A stretch of DNA of 63,314 nt from a virus, in IMG/VR virus record IMGVR_UViG_3300029536_000008, positions 1 through 63,314 of that record; one strand, written 5' to 3'. Positions 36,617 through 46,118 of this stretch are shown here, piece after piece. The notes beneath the pieces are model-generated. The model had not been told where the DNA came from. It worked only from the letters and a program-made list of their open reading frames with translations, and searched no databases. The translations under genes and the position numbers were made by a program. How positions within the stretch are numbered: position 1 is the stretch's first letter; every line of letters starts with the position of its first letter.

Positions 36617-37371
36617 ACCGATTTTAGTTTTAATAAATTACATAATGATTTTTCTTCCGTTTTGCCATTACTGCCGGCTTCCATCCCTTTGGGTGGAGCA
36701 GGTATAACACCGTCCGGCCTAAAAGATGCAAGTGACATTGCTTTGGCTATAATTTTTAGCAAACGCTGTTGCTTGGTTGTACTCATATTTTTACATAACA
36801 AGGAAATTTCACCGCTTAAATCCTTATAAGCGTTTTCGTAGTCTTCAATTGACTTCAATCCCAAATACTCGGTTTCTCCATTACAGCCAATTGATACCAC
36901 CGATATTTCATACAGCTTAACCTCTCTAACAATCAGGGCTTCTTTTTCGTAATCCCATTCGCAATTCTCCCATACATACTCATAACCAATAGAGAATTGA
37001 TTAAGCGTGCCTGACTCAAGTTGTTTTATGGCCCTATCTCCAAGTTCAATCTCATCAATGCGCGCCTCAAAATAAAGCCCTCTATCATCTTCTTTCAATT
37101 CTGTAATAAATCCCAAAGGCTCTGACATGTCGTGCATCCAAAGGAGTATAATTTTGTCATTTGCCTGGCTTTGCGGCCCTCTTTCATTGATACTTTTTGA
37201 AAAGCAACCTTTCAATAGAATATCATGAGCCTTATCCATGTTTCCGAATACAGCAGCGTATCCGCTGATAGTCCGGCTTTCGGGGCTATATTGGACATCC
37301 TTCGAGTTTATGGAGAACAATTTATACTGCATCCCCATCTTATCTTTGTATTTATTTGTCATTGTTTCCAT
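36613..37371 (-). CDS. Prohead protease (HK97/S78 family)
   Basis: ISGYAAVFGNMDKAHDILLKGCFSKSI...ILLWMHD..EPLG. The ORF track extends to 37458; the start is probably ATG 37371 or 37362, overlapping the portal stop. Confidence 0.75.
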   Translation of the reverse strand: METMTNKYKDKMGMQYKLFSINSKDVQYSPESRTISGYAAVFGNMDKAHDILLKGCFSKSINERGPQSQANDKIILLWMHDMSEPLGFITELKEDDRGLYFEARIDEIELGDRAIKQLESGTLNQFSIGYEYVWENCEWDYEKEALIVREVKLYEISVVSIGCNGETEYLGLKSIEDYENAYKDLSGEISLLCKNMSTTKQQRLLKIIAKAMSLASFRPDGVIPAPPKGMEAGSNGKTEEKSLCNLLKLKSV

Positions 37372-38722
37372 TTTCCTTACTGTTATTGACGTTATTTTCA
37401 ACAGATGCACTGCTTGCTGCATTGCTATCAAAATCTCCTTTTGGATTATCCGGGTCAATATCTATGTATCTTGCAACTTCTATACGTGCCTCATCATGTG
37501 TTATCAAAGACTTATCTATCAATCTCTGTAAGGCATCAGCAACTTTAACCAATGTATTGGCTTCTGTCTCCTTATTGGTTTGAAGGCATTCAACATCTGT
37601 AAAATCAATCTTAATAAAAACACCTTCCGGACATATGGCTTTTGAAAGACATTCTGCTATCTTTCGGCTATCTGGAATGATTACGTCCTGATAAGCCTTT
37701 TTCCCAGCACTTTCAAGGTTGTCGTATTTGGCATCCGTAAAAAGATTGGCATTTATGCCCATTGCATTGGCAATCTTATCTGTACACCTCTTATCCTCTT
37801 CATGAAGTTTTAATTCATCAGCATTAAAATCAAGAGGAAGCCATCCTAATTTGTAACGTGTCACCAAAATGGGATATTCCTTGTTTACTAAGCCATAATC
37901 ACGTTTAAATCTGTCCTTTATATCCTTTTCATCTTCCGAGGAAAGGGCAACATTTCCCATCTGGTCAGTATAATCATTATAGAGCACGCCTTTAGGACCA
38001 CCATTTACAAGCAATGTATGGCTTGCAGACATAGAAGCTACCCAGTTTGATATAGGCTGGGAAAGGCTATCTGAAACGGACTCAAATTTGACATCAGCAG
38101 TCGCACCGCTATTTATTACTATATTGCTGTCATATATTACAAGATATTCATAGTCCTCCAACTCTAATCGAGTTCCGTTACAGTCTATATATACACTTGA
38201 TATAATATTTTTCAGTTCGTATTGGCGAAACACCTTACCGGTTCCTTCCATATGGAAAATCTCAGGTGGAATTATCCACATTGCCTTAGGAGTGCTTGTT
38301 TTTGTCGCTCTAACAAGAACAATTGGACAATAGCCGAATACCTTAAGACATATTTCAATTTGCTTTACAAATGAAGAGAATGTTTGCAGCGGATTGGGAG
38401 CGTTGAGTATATTACGTATATCGGCAAATGTCCTTTTTTCATTTCCATCCTTATCTACCACATAAGGAATACCACGGGACATCATAGAACCGATTTTATC
38501 AACTACAGTGAAGAAAGGCGTACAGGAAACAAGCGCTCCGGCTTTATCCAAATTGTCAGTCATGTCATAATATACTTTCCATTTGGAACGCCTTCCAAAC
38601 AAATCGGACAAAAACCAGTAGTTTCCTGCTGCATCTCTTTCTACCCGATTTACATTATCATACATCGGAATAGACTTTTTATTCTCTGGCTTCCAAAATT
38701 TAGTAAATATGCCCATATACAA
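37352..38722 (-). CDS. Portal protein
   Basis: 456 aa, between terminase and protease. Confidence 0.75.
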   Translation of the reverse strand: MYMGIFTKFWKPENKKSIPMYDNVNRVERDAAGNYWFLSDLFGRRSKWKVYYDMTDNLDKAGALVSCTPFFTVVDKIGSMMSRGIPYVVDKDGNEKRTFADIRNILNAPNPLQTFSSFVKQIEICLKVFGYCPIVLVRATKTSTPKAMWIIPPEIFHMEGTGKVFRQYELKNIISSVYIDCNGTRLELEDYEYLVIYDSNIVINSGATADVKFESVSDSLSQPISNWVASMSASHTLLVNGGPKGVLYNDYTDQMGNVALSSEDEKDIKDRFKRDYGLVNKEYPILVTRYKLGWLPLDFNADELKLHEEDKRCTDKIANAMGINANLFTDAKYDNLESAGKKAYQDVIIPDSRKIAECLSKAICPEGVFIKIDFTDVECLQTNKETEANTLVKVADALQRLIDKSLITHDEARIEVARYIDIDPDNPKGDFDSNAASSASVENNVNNSKENGNNDK

Positions 38723-38792
38723 AGCAGGAGTGACAGCAAATAAATGCGGCCACTCCCATATATTTAGTGTTTTAGTCCATTAATACGGTTGC

Positions 38793-38868
38793 GTGCAACT
38801 TCACACGCTTGTAGTGACCCTACGTGTGCAAATATATATATTATTTAGACTAATTCCAAATAACAAAC
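38793..38868 (-). promoter_or_regulatory. Bacteroides-type promoter plus conserved leader upstream of portal; paralogous to 22384-22440
   Basis: - strand TTTG = rc of 38857-38860 and TATATTTG = rc of 38829-38836, with a 20-nt spacer containing atttagactaatt. Leader gtgtgaagttgcac = rc of 38793-38806. Confidence 0.5.
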
Positions 38869-38881
38869 AGCATTTTTATGA

Positions 38882-40762
38882 TTATTTTTTTGATTTTCTT
38901 TTTACTCTATCTGCTATACAACACAATACATACATTGCTTCATAGACATCTTTGCCGTCATAGTCCATTAGATTACGCATAAATAAGGACATTTTATTAT
39001 CTCTCTTGAATTTAAAATCTCGAATTAGCCCCTTAAATGCTTCAATATAAGAAAGTTTCCCTGTATTTTCTTGCCTTGCCCACACATCACCTATTTCAGC
39101 CCTATAATCGCGTATATAATGAAGCATCGCCTGCGAAGTCTCAATGTTTACATCGGCACCAGCGACCAGCGCGGCGATTTCTTTGATGGGAATCAATTCT
39201 CCTATATACGCATCGTCCACATATATTGTATCATGTACAACATACGCTTTCGCATACAGAAAACGCCCATTAAGCAGTGGATGTATTTCTACAATTGGAA
39301 TGCCGGAAAATGCGACTGTCGCAGCCTCATAGCTGTCATATTCAAAATCTCCGCGTTTTTCTACGGTTCCGGTAAGAGCATCTGCCCCATCATCATGTGC
39401 GTTTTTTCCGAACTTCCTAAAAGATTTTATCTCTGCATGAAATTCAGGAAAGAGTACTTCCCAACCTTCCGGCATATATGTAAGATTCATAACCTCAGCG
39501 GAGCGGGTAAATATTCGAACTTCCTTATTCCCCGACTGATGAAACCATTTTATTTCTGTTTCATTATTGCCCATTATCCGTGATTGTCGCTCTACGTTTC
39601 GGGCAAAACCACGTCCACCGTTATTGCTTTCAATGTTAGCTATGGTTACTCTATCTTTGGCAAGCAAAGCTGCAACTTGCGGTTCCGTAACCTCCATAGG
39701 AGCGTCCGTATATAGTATGCTTAAAATAAAGTTGCCTATTTCTGTATCCACATAATCTATGGAACATAATCTGTCACTGCCCGTATCTGCGGTATCGGTA
39801 TAATTTTTCCGAATGGCACGGTTGGTATATGGTATTTCCCTATAAGTCTTGAATGTACCGTACATGAGACCTTCTATAGGTGTAGGGTTCTGCATATATT
39901 GTGTTTCAAAGACGAATGGATTTATTCTATTGAGATTATGCAATTCATCCAATGTGTGTTTAAATTCCCACAAAGGAAATTCTTTCCCGTCCGCTTCTTT
40001 TTCTATGACCGGCAATGAAAGAACAGTCCATTGCCCTGGCTCTGTTTTCATAAGATAGCCGCACAAATCATTCTCATGCAGGCGCTGCATGATTATTACA
40101 ATCGGGGTGTTTCGGCTGTTCACTCGGTTACGGATAGTAGTTTCAAAGCGTTGGTTAACCTTTTCCCTTTTCACGTCAGACAAAGCGTCCTCCGGCTTAA
40201 TAGGGTCGTCTATGACAATGGCGCCGGAAAACCTTGCCCCCTTTAATATGCTATCTATTTCTTTTTCTGTTTCTTTATCATCTATATCGTCCACCTCTCC
40301 AGCGCCAAATCCCGTTATCTGTCCACCTGTTGATACCGCATATACACCACCGCCAGCAGTGGTACTCCACTTCTTTTTGCTGTCTGTGCCTCTCTTTATC
40401 TGGACATACGGGAACAGCTGTTGATACTCTTCTGATTTAACTATGTCTCTAATCTCTTCTGAATTATCGTGAGCCAAATCGTCAGAATATGAGAGATGGA
40501 CAAACTTTGAGGAAGGGTTGAGTGCCAATCCGTATGATATAAAGTTCTTTACGGCTAATTCGGTCTTTCCATATCGTGGTGCAATATTGATTATCAGTTT
40601 TTGAATTTTTCCGGAAATAACATCATCCAACGCATTACATATGCGTTCATGGTGTCTGCTCACCACAAATTTGCGCCCTGTTTTACTTTTAAAGAAAAAT
40701 TTTGTGTAATTGAGAACGCCCGACATACAAAATGCTTGTAGATACCGCACACCGTCCATCAT
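38882..40762 (-). CDS. terL: Terminase large subunit
   Basis: 626 aa. Follows the small subunit with a 4-nt overlap. ATPase-like INIAPRYGKTE and VIDDP motifs. Confidence 0.8.
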   Translation of the reverse strand: MMDGVRYLQAFCMSGVLNYTKFFFKSKTGRKFVVSRHHERICNALDDVISGKIQKLIINIAPRYGKTELAVKNFISYGLALNPSSKFVHLSYSDDLAHDNSEEIRDIVKSEEYQQLFPYVQIKRGTDSKKKWSTTAGGGVYAVSTGGQITGFGAGEVDDIDDKETEKEIDSILKGARFSGAIVIDDPIKPEDALSDVKREKVNQRFETTIRNRVNSRNTPIVIIMQRLHENDLCGYLMKTEPGQWTVLSLPVIEKEADGKEFPLWEFKHTLDELHNLNRINPFVFETQYMQNPTPIEGLMYGTFKTYREIPYTNRAIRKNYTDTADTGSDRLCSIDYVDTEIGNFILSILYTDAPMEVTEPQVAALLAKDRVTIANIESNNGGRGFARNVERQSRIMGNNETEIKWFHQSGNKEVRIFTRSAEVMNLTYMPEGWEVLFPEFHAEIKSFRKFGKNAHDDGADALTGTVEKRGDFEYDSYEAATVAFSGIPIVEIHPLLNGRFLYAKAYVVHDTIYVDDAYIGELIPIKEIAALVAGADVNIETSQAMLHYIRDYRAEIGDVWARQENTGKLSYIEAFKGLIRDFKFKRDNKMSLFMRNLMDYDGKDVYEAMYVLCCIADRVKRKSKK

Positions 40763-41307
40763 AGCCTTTCTATCAGTTTCTTTGCTTCCTCGACACTTAT
40801 GGGTTTGCTGGTATTCATCTCTATTTCGGTAGGCTCATCAAACCCAAGCATTTTACATATACGCTCAATAGCCTTTATCTTATCATAAAGTTCTATCTTC
40901 ACATATTCAACATCTACAATTTCCGGAGCATCACTTGTTCCGATATTTTTTTTCAATATCTTGGTAGATATACTTTTTATTGCTGATTTCTCTTTGTCAG
41001 AGAGCTCATCAAATTCTTTACGCTCTATCCATGTGTTGTGCATGCTGGCAATGGATGAGAAAGCTATACCGGACAATTCTTGTAGAATGCGTTCTTTAGT
41101 TATATCCGATTTGTTTTTTTGTTCCTCCTGCAACTCTTTAACCCTTTGGGCTACATTTGGGTTAGACAACAATTTGCAAGATTCTTCCCACACTTGTTTG
41201 TCTCTCATCTTCTCGCACGAATAGGCACGACGATAAGCATCGGAAGCATTGCCGCTTTCGATGTAGTAGTTGCAAAAATTCTCTTGTTTGATTGTAAGTT
41301 TTTTCAT
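40759..41307 (-). CDS. terS: Terminase small subunit
   Basis: MKKLTIKQENFCNYYIESGNASDAYRRAY (Terminase_2-type N-terminus). Confidence 0.8.
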   Translation of the reverse strand: MKKLTIKQENFCNYYIESGNASDAYRRAYSCEKMRDKQVWEESCKLLSNPNVAQRVKELQEEQKNKSDITKERILQELSGIAFSSIASMHNTWIERKEFDELSDKEKSAIKSISTKILKKNIGTSDAPEIVDVEYVKIELYDKIKAIERICKMLGFDEPTEIEMNTSKPISVEEAKKLIERL

Positions 41308-41440
41308 GTCTTTTCGTCAGTATGGGAAGCATGCCACTTGACATGCTTTCGCAAAGATATGTAATTATTTGGAATATCATACCTATCTATCCGAAATAAC
41401 TGGTATAATTATCGAAAATATTTATCTCCCCACTTCCTTA

Positions 41441-42646
41441 TTACTTCTTAAAAACATTTACATAATCGATAACTTTCCGATTAGCTTTATCTACTTTTCG
41501 CATGTCAAAATGGATATAGATGTCAGTCGTTGTGCTGTTCGCCCAACTATGCCCAAGCGCGTGGGCGATTACCTCTTTGGGGACATCGAGTTCTGCCGCT
41601 ACCGTGGCCCATGTGTGGCGCGCCCAATATGAGGACAAATCAGGAAATAAAGGATTTCTACTCTTTTTCCCTCCCAATCCCTTCCTTTCTGTCTCTCCAA
41701 TCTGTTTTAACCCTATTCCCATACGATGCAGGAAATCCTTGTAATTTCCGTATTCATCCATTATATTAAGAAGATAATCCTTCCCTTTGTATTTCTCAAT
41801 TATAGCCTGCGCTTCCGGTTCTACTTTAATACTGTATAATTTCCCCGTCTTAGCTCTTTTATATTCAAAACGACCATTTACCAATGCAGAATGTTTTGCG
41901 TTAAACAAATCGGCTGCATTTACTCCTATGAGATAGAACATGAGCATGAACATATCCCTATATCTAATCTGGTATTCCTCACATGGATAATCTCTCAATA
42001 ACCTAAGTTGTTCTGCTGTAAGACTACGTTTCCGGGTTTCCTCTTTCTTTATTGAAAACCTTCTGAATGGATACAATGTTGTGTACTCCTCATCAATGGC
42101 GTAGTTGAATACACTACGTATGTTCCGTAAATGAATAGCATAGGCATTAACCTTCATCGTCTTTGCCATCCACGCTTCAAAGTTTTCCAGCCATGACTTA
42201 TCCATGCTCTCAAAAGTACAATGACTATCGTATTCCTCAATCTTGTTTCTTGTGGTTGTATATATAGACTTAGTTCCCTGATTGGTTTTCTTGGAAACGA
42301 ATTCATCAAGATAATAGAGAAACGTCTTTTGGTTTTCAACCTTGCTACTTATAGCGTCCTCTATCAACTTCTTCAAAGCTTTGTCTGTAGTTGATTTCAA
42401 CTTTTCTTGTTGCTCTAAAGTAAATATTACTGTTTCCGCCTTGTTTATTATTCCACGGGCAACTATATTCCTCGGCTTGTAATTTTGTGCACGCACAGAA
42501 TATTCATTCCCATTCCATTCTTTTTCCGATGCACTTAGCTGCGTAGCTATCATTATTTGTTTGTTGTGGAATACATTCAACTTTATCGGATAAGTGCCAT
42601 CTTTTTTTTGCCTTCTTTTATCAAGGTAGAATTTAACCGTTGCCAT
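41441..42646 (-). CDS. int: Tyrosine integrase (Bacteroidetes arm-binding type)
   Basis: MATVKFYLDKRRQKKDGTYPIKL arm-binding N-terminus. ARHTWATVAAELDVPKEVIAHALGH...TTDIYIH catalytic region. Confidence 0.9.
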   Translation of the reverse strand: MATVKFYLDKRRQKKDGTYPIKLNVFHNKQIMIATQLSASEKEWNGNEYSVRAQNYKPRNIVARGIINKAETVIFTLEQQEKLKSTTDKALKKLIEDAISSKVENQKTFLYYLDEFVSKKTNQGTKSIYTTTRNKIEEYDSHCTFESMDKSWLENFEAWMAKTMKVNAYAIHLRNIRSVFNYAIDEEYTTLYPFRRFSIKKEETRKRSLTAEQLRLLRDYPCEEYQIRYRDMFMLMFYLIGVNAADLFNAKHSALVNGRFEYKRAKTGKLYSIKVEPEAQAIIEKYKGKDYLLNIMDEYGNYKDFLHRMGIGLKQIGETERKGLGGKKSRNPLFPDLSSYWARHTWATVAAELDVPKEVIAHALGHSWANSTTTDIYIHFDMRKVDKANRKVIDYVNVFKK

Positions 42647-42664
42647 ATATCTATGTTTTTAGTT

Positions 42665-42928
42665 TATGCAAATCTGAAAATTTGCATAGAATTTGCATAC
42701 AAAGATAAGATTAAAGGGGTTTAAAAGGGTCTAAAAGCGGAATGTTATTCAGCATACATAAAAAAATAAGCAGCTACTTTATTTGTAACTGCTTGATTTT
42801 CAAGAGAGCGGCAAGCGAGGCTCGAACTCGTGACCCTCAGCTTGGGAAGCTCTTTTTTAGTGCATCTATAATATTATATATCAAATATTTATTTTACATA
42901 CAAAAACAATTTGCATACAATTTGCATA
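42665..42928. other. attP region: tRNA-derived core flanked by five copies of ATTTGCATA (arm-type sites)
   Basis: tatgcaaat at 42665-42673 (inverted). aatttgcata at 42679-42688, 42690-42699, 42908-42917 and 42919-42928. Confidence 0.6.
42807..42850 (-). other. 3' ~44 nt of a tRNA-Gly(CCC)-like gene (anticodon loop to acceptor end) = probable attP core
   Basis: - strand: gc-TTCCCAA-gctga-gggtc-acgag-TTCGAGC-ctcgc-ttgccgc-t. Resembles E. coli tRNA-Gly from the anticodon loop onward. Similarity stops 5' of the anticodon stem. Confidence 0.6.
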
Positions 42929-42963
42929 CATTCTATTTTTAACCCTATTCAACAATGCTAATT

Positions 42964-43527
42964 CTACCCTTCAAATCCTCTGCTAAAAAACATTTCTTTA
43001 ATACATTCCGCCTTCTCTTGAACATCTTGGCAGCTCTTCCTATTTACAAGAATGTAGGAGCTTACATTCTTATATTCAATGTGTTCAAACATTTTCCTTC
43101 CGAATAAGTTCAAAGCTATATTTTTATATATTCTGAATCTTTGATTGTTTGCTCTCCCTTCCACTTTATCACTTTCCATATCCATACTTTCTGCTCCATT
43201 TACAGCAAAAGAAGCATTAGGATATTTTTTGATTATCATAGGAATTACTGAAGCACAGGTAATAAATATTCCCATTGCTCCCTTGTAGCCGTGAGCTTTA
43301 ATAATCCTATTATATTTATTATCTAATTTCCTATCTCTTGCAGCATAGAATTTTATTGCAAAAACATCATCATAAGATTCTGCTCGGATTATATATTTTA
43401 ATCTCTGATACTCTTCCGTCTTGTCCGTATAAAATTTATATATTAACGAGAAATCAAAAGCGTCCCCCTCTTTAGGAGACGCTTTCTGTATATATTTTAA
43501 TTCAAACGGCTGTACCCTATCGAACAT
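42964..43527 (-). CDS. Hypothetical protein (attP-proximal cargo)
   Basis: 187-aa ORF. Its start codon immediately follows the stop of 43528-43722. Confidence 0.5.
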   Translation of the reverse strand: MFDRVQPFELKYIQKASPKEGDAFDFSLIYKFYTDKTEEYQRLKYIIRAESYDDVFAIKFYAARDRKLDNKYNRIIKAHGYKGAMGIFITCASVIPMIIKKYPNASFAVNGAESMDMESDKVEGRANNQRFRIYKNIALNLFGRKMFEHIEYKNVSSYILVNRKSCQDVQEKAECIKEMFFSRGFEG

Positions 43528-43722
43528 TTACATAATCATTTTTGCAGTGGTTGAAATAAAACAGCACGTTTCACTAACAATTCTTCCTCTACCAACTACT
43601 CCGCGTAAAGGAACATGCTTAACTTCACTCCTTAAAGTCCATCCTAACCTATCGCCTTTAGTTTTTACCTGACGATTTTTTGTAATAACATTAACTTTCT
43701 TGTTTTCTATAACACTTCCCAT
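43528..43722 (-). CDS. Small basic hypothetical protein
   Basis: 64-aa ORF apparently translationally coupled to the next gene (TAAATG). Confidence 0.4.
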   Translation of the reverse strand: MGSVIENKKVNVITKNRQVKTKGDRLGWTLRSEVKHVPLRGVVGRGRIVSETCCFISTTAKMIM

Positions 43723-43920
43723 ATCCTTTTGATACTATGATACTATAATATAAGAAAGAACGAACGAACAACATATCTTAAACACAACACCATTAACAAC
43801 GCTATAAACATTGTTAATAACATCACAATTACAGCACTATTTTTGTATTATACTTCGTAATACAATATTTCGCTACAAAATAAGACATAAATAAGGATGT
43901 AACCAAAATGTGAGACAGAT

Positions 43921-43950
43921 TTATTTATAATTTAGACTAATTATAAATAA
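43921..43950. repeat. Perfect 12-bp inverted repeat with a 6-bp spacer (candidate protein-binding site)
   Basis: ttatttataatt-tagact-aattataaataa. Confidence 0.7.
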
Positions 43951-43958
43951 CAACATTT

Positions 43959-43995
43959 ACGTTATGATACCCCGCCAGTAATACGGCGGGCGGGG
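43959..43995 (+). repeat. Conserved motif acgttRtgataccccgccag plus GC-rich hairpin, copy B
   Basis: ccccgcc...ggcgggg. Shares a 20-nt motif with 31881-31900. Confidence 0.7.
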
Positions 43996-44062
43996 TAAAT
44001 AAACTATTTGTTTATTCTATTTTACATAAACCAAATGATGAAGCACATTTCCGCTTTTTGTA

Positions 44063-44242
44063 TCAACTTCCGCCAACCTGACTGCCTAAAATCTTCATAT
44101 TATAAATTTTCTTTTCCTTTACCTTTCCGCCTTTCAGTATTGTGACTTCCTGCCTCAGTTGTGCAACTTCTTTAAGTAATTTCTCATACGCTTCTGCAAG
44201 ACGGAGCATGTGCTTCATCATTAGATTTACATTTTCATTCAT
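44063..44242 (-). CDS. 59-aa coiled-coil protein, paralogue of 31958-32137
   Basis: Manual translation: MNENVNLMMKHMLRLAEAYEKLLKEVAQLRQEVTILKGGKVKEKKIYNMKILGSQVGGS. Confidence 0.5.
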   Translation of the reverse strand: MNENVNLMMKHMLRLAEAYEKLLKEVAQLRQEVTILKGGKVKEKKIYNMKILGSQVGGS

Positions 44243-44341
44243 TATATTTCAAATTAATAATTTGTGTCTTGTCGAAATAAAATATCAACAAATTTTATAT
44301 TGAAAAAGTTTTATTTCAAAACATGTTTGTAAACATATATA

Positions 44342-45037
44342 TTAAACAGCCTTTCTTCTCACACTGAATAGGTCTTGTATTTCTTCCACAGATTTGTTCA
44401 GAGCGTTAAATCGCCTTTGTAAATCCTCAAATTGCGCTTCATACATGACTACTGTCGTTTCATACATTCGCTTCCAGTATTCAGCAGTTTCCGGAGATGG
44501 CAAATCTTCCACATCTTTTTCAGACAAAGACGAATGTGAAGTTTCATTGTCAAGGAACATTGGACCTTTGCCGGTGAGGATGTAGTTGGCGTTGACTTTA
44601 TACATTTGACAAAACTCTTGCAACGTGTTCATAGACACACCGCATATTCCACGTCTTATTTTAGACATGGTGGCCTTTGATAAATTTTCTAAAGTGTTCC
44701 ACACCTTATAATCGGTAAGTTCCAACTTTTCTATCGTCTCTAAAAAACGATAAGTATAATCATTAAACGCTTCATTATTAATATCATGTTCGGCATTATT
44801 TTTTTCATTGCCCAAATAGATATATTTCATATTTGCATCTGGAAAACATTCTGCAAACTTAGATAAGAACTTCTTGCTTGGCTCTTGTATCCCCCTTTTT
44901 ATTTTAGTGAACATAGCCTCTTTAACCCCAGTGCTCTTCGCTATATTATAGAAAGATACTCCCATCCTTTCGACTTCTTCTAGAAATCTTTTTGTTAAAT
45001 CACTAAGATTTGCTTCGTTTTTATTTTTACTTTCCAT
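44342..45037 (-). CDS. CI-like repressor with two tandem HTH domains and a C-terminal coiled coil
   Basis: FLEEVERMGVSFYNIAKSTGVKEAMFTKIKRG...MKYIYLG and a second unit FLETIEKLELTDYKVWNTLENLSKATMSKIRRG...ANYILTGKGPMFL. Confidence 0.75.
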   Translation of the reverse strand: MESKNKNEANLSDLTKRFLEEVERMGVSFYNIAKSTGVKEAMFTKIKRGIQEPSKKFLSKFAECFPDANMKYIYLGNEKNNAEHDINNEAFNDYTYRFLETIEKLELTDYKVWNTLENLSKATMSKIRRGICGVSMNTLQEFCQMYKVNANYILTGKGPMFLDNETSHSSLSEKDVEDLPSPETAEYWKRMYETTVVMYEAQFEDLQRRFNALNKSVEEIQDLFSVRRKAV

Positions 45038-45039
45038 TT

Positions 45040-45056
45040 TAGATAGTATCTTTGCA
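45040..45056 (+). promoter_or_regulatory. Early promoter element tagatagtatctttgca (contains TAnnTTTG); exact 17-nt repeat of 47482-47498
   Basis: TATCTTTG at 45047-45054, 3 nt from the divergent repressor ATG. Confidence 0.55.
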
Positions 45057-45167
45057 TCCGTTGCTAAAGTAGAGCGGCAACAGACACATGATTATACGAT
45101 CGCCCTAGCGTGGGCTTTTCTATATGGAAATCCGTTGCCGCTCTACTTTAGCAACGGATTTTTTTTA
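45056..45167 (+). terminator. 26-bp perfect inverted repeat (52-nt loop) followed by T8: promoter-proximal terminator/attenuator or ~105-nt small RNA
   Basis: atccgttgctaaagtagagcggcaac (45056-45081) pairs with gttgccgctctactttagcaacggat (45134-45159), then tttttttt. Confidence 0.6.
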
Positions 45168-45177
45168 TTTCAATTAT

Positions 45178-45999
45178 ATGAAGCAAACGTTATATTTAAA
45201 CATCGGACTTGCAGAGCAGGCGGTCAATGATAAACGGTTCATTGAAGCGCTTGCTTTTTCTGTTCTCGTCAAACTGACGTTTGTTTCATCAAGAATACAA
45301 TCGGCTACTGTTAGCAAGTGCAAGGATTTATTCGGCATTGGGTCAACAAGGATGTGCCGTATAATCAATAGCGGCATCGAATACGGATTACTGAAACGAG
45401 ACAGTAAAGACCTTGTATCCACATCACTTAAAAGGGAAAAATCATACCATATAAGGTTAGACTTTGAATGCAAGACATACAGTCGGACAAAAGCTTTGAT
45501 GAACAATAAACCGAAATCAGAGCAGGAGCCGGTTATATGCCAATACTCATTAAAAGATATTATAGACATTATCAGGAAGTCTGTATTGCTGAACCATATA
45601 AGCAAGCAATCGGACTGCGAAGATACCATTAACATAGCAAAGGGTAATACTAAGTCTGTGAACCAGCTTCGGAAAGCCCGCAAAAAATGTAAGCGTATGC
45701 TACGTACAGATAATGCCTTTACCGGATTGAGCAGAAAGCGTATCATGGATATAACCAAGGCATGCAAAAATAAAGCCAAACACCTTATTGACGATTTGTG
45801 TAAAAGCGGACTTGTAAACAGAGTCGAACAGTCCGTTCGTGTATTCTTAAACTATTCAGACTTTTCTCCAAAGTTGGCAAACAGCTTTTTCAGAGAAACA
45901 GGGCTGAATGGTTACTTATACAGGAGTGGCAGTGAGATTCGTTTGCACTGCTCAAACAAGTATGTTTATTCTTGCGATTTGATAACGTTTAAACTTTAA
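45178..45999 (+). CDS. First early-operon protein, winged-helix-like
   Basis: Start moved to ATG 45178, after the hairpin. Contains CKDLFGIGSTRMCRIINSGIEYGLLKRD. Confidence 0.5.
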   Translation: MKQTLYLNIGLAEQAVNDKRFIEALAFSVLVKLTFVSSRIQSATVSKCKDLFGIGSTRMCRIINSGIEYGLLKRDSKDLVSTSLKREKSYHIRLDFECKTYSRTKALMNNKPKSEQEPVICQYSLKDIIDIIRKSVLLNHISKQSDCEDTINIAKGNTKSVNQLRKARKKCKRMLRTDNAFTGLSRKRIMDITKACKNKAKHLIDDLCKSGLVNRVEQSVRVFLNYSDFSPKLANSFFRETGLNGYLYRSGSEIRLHCSNKYVYSCDLITFKL

Positions 46000-46118
46000 T
46001 TTTTATGCCATATTCCCCAAAAAGACCACTAAAAACATAGCGTAGCGTATGCACACGTGACGCGATACGCATGATGCACATGATTATATAATTATAATTT
46101 AATATACACACTAAGACA

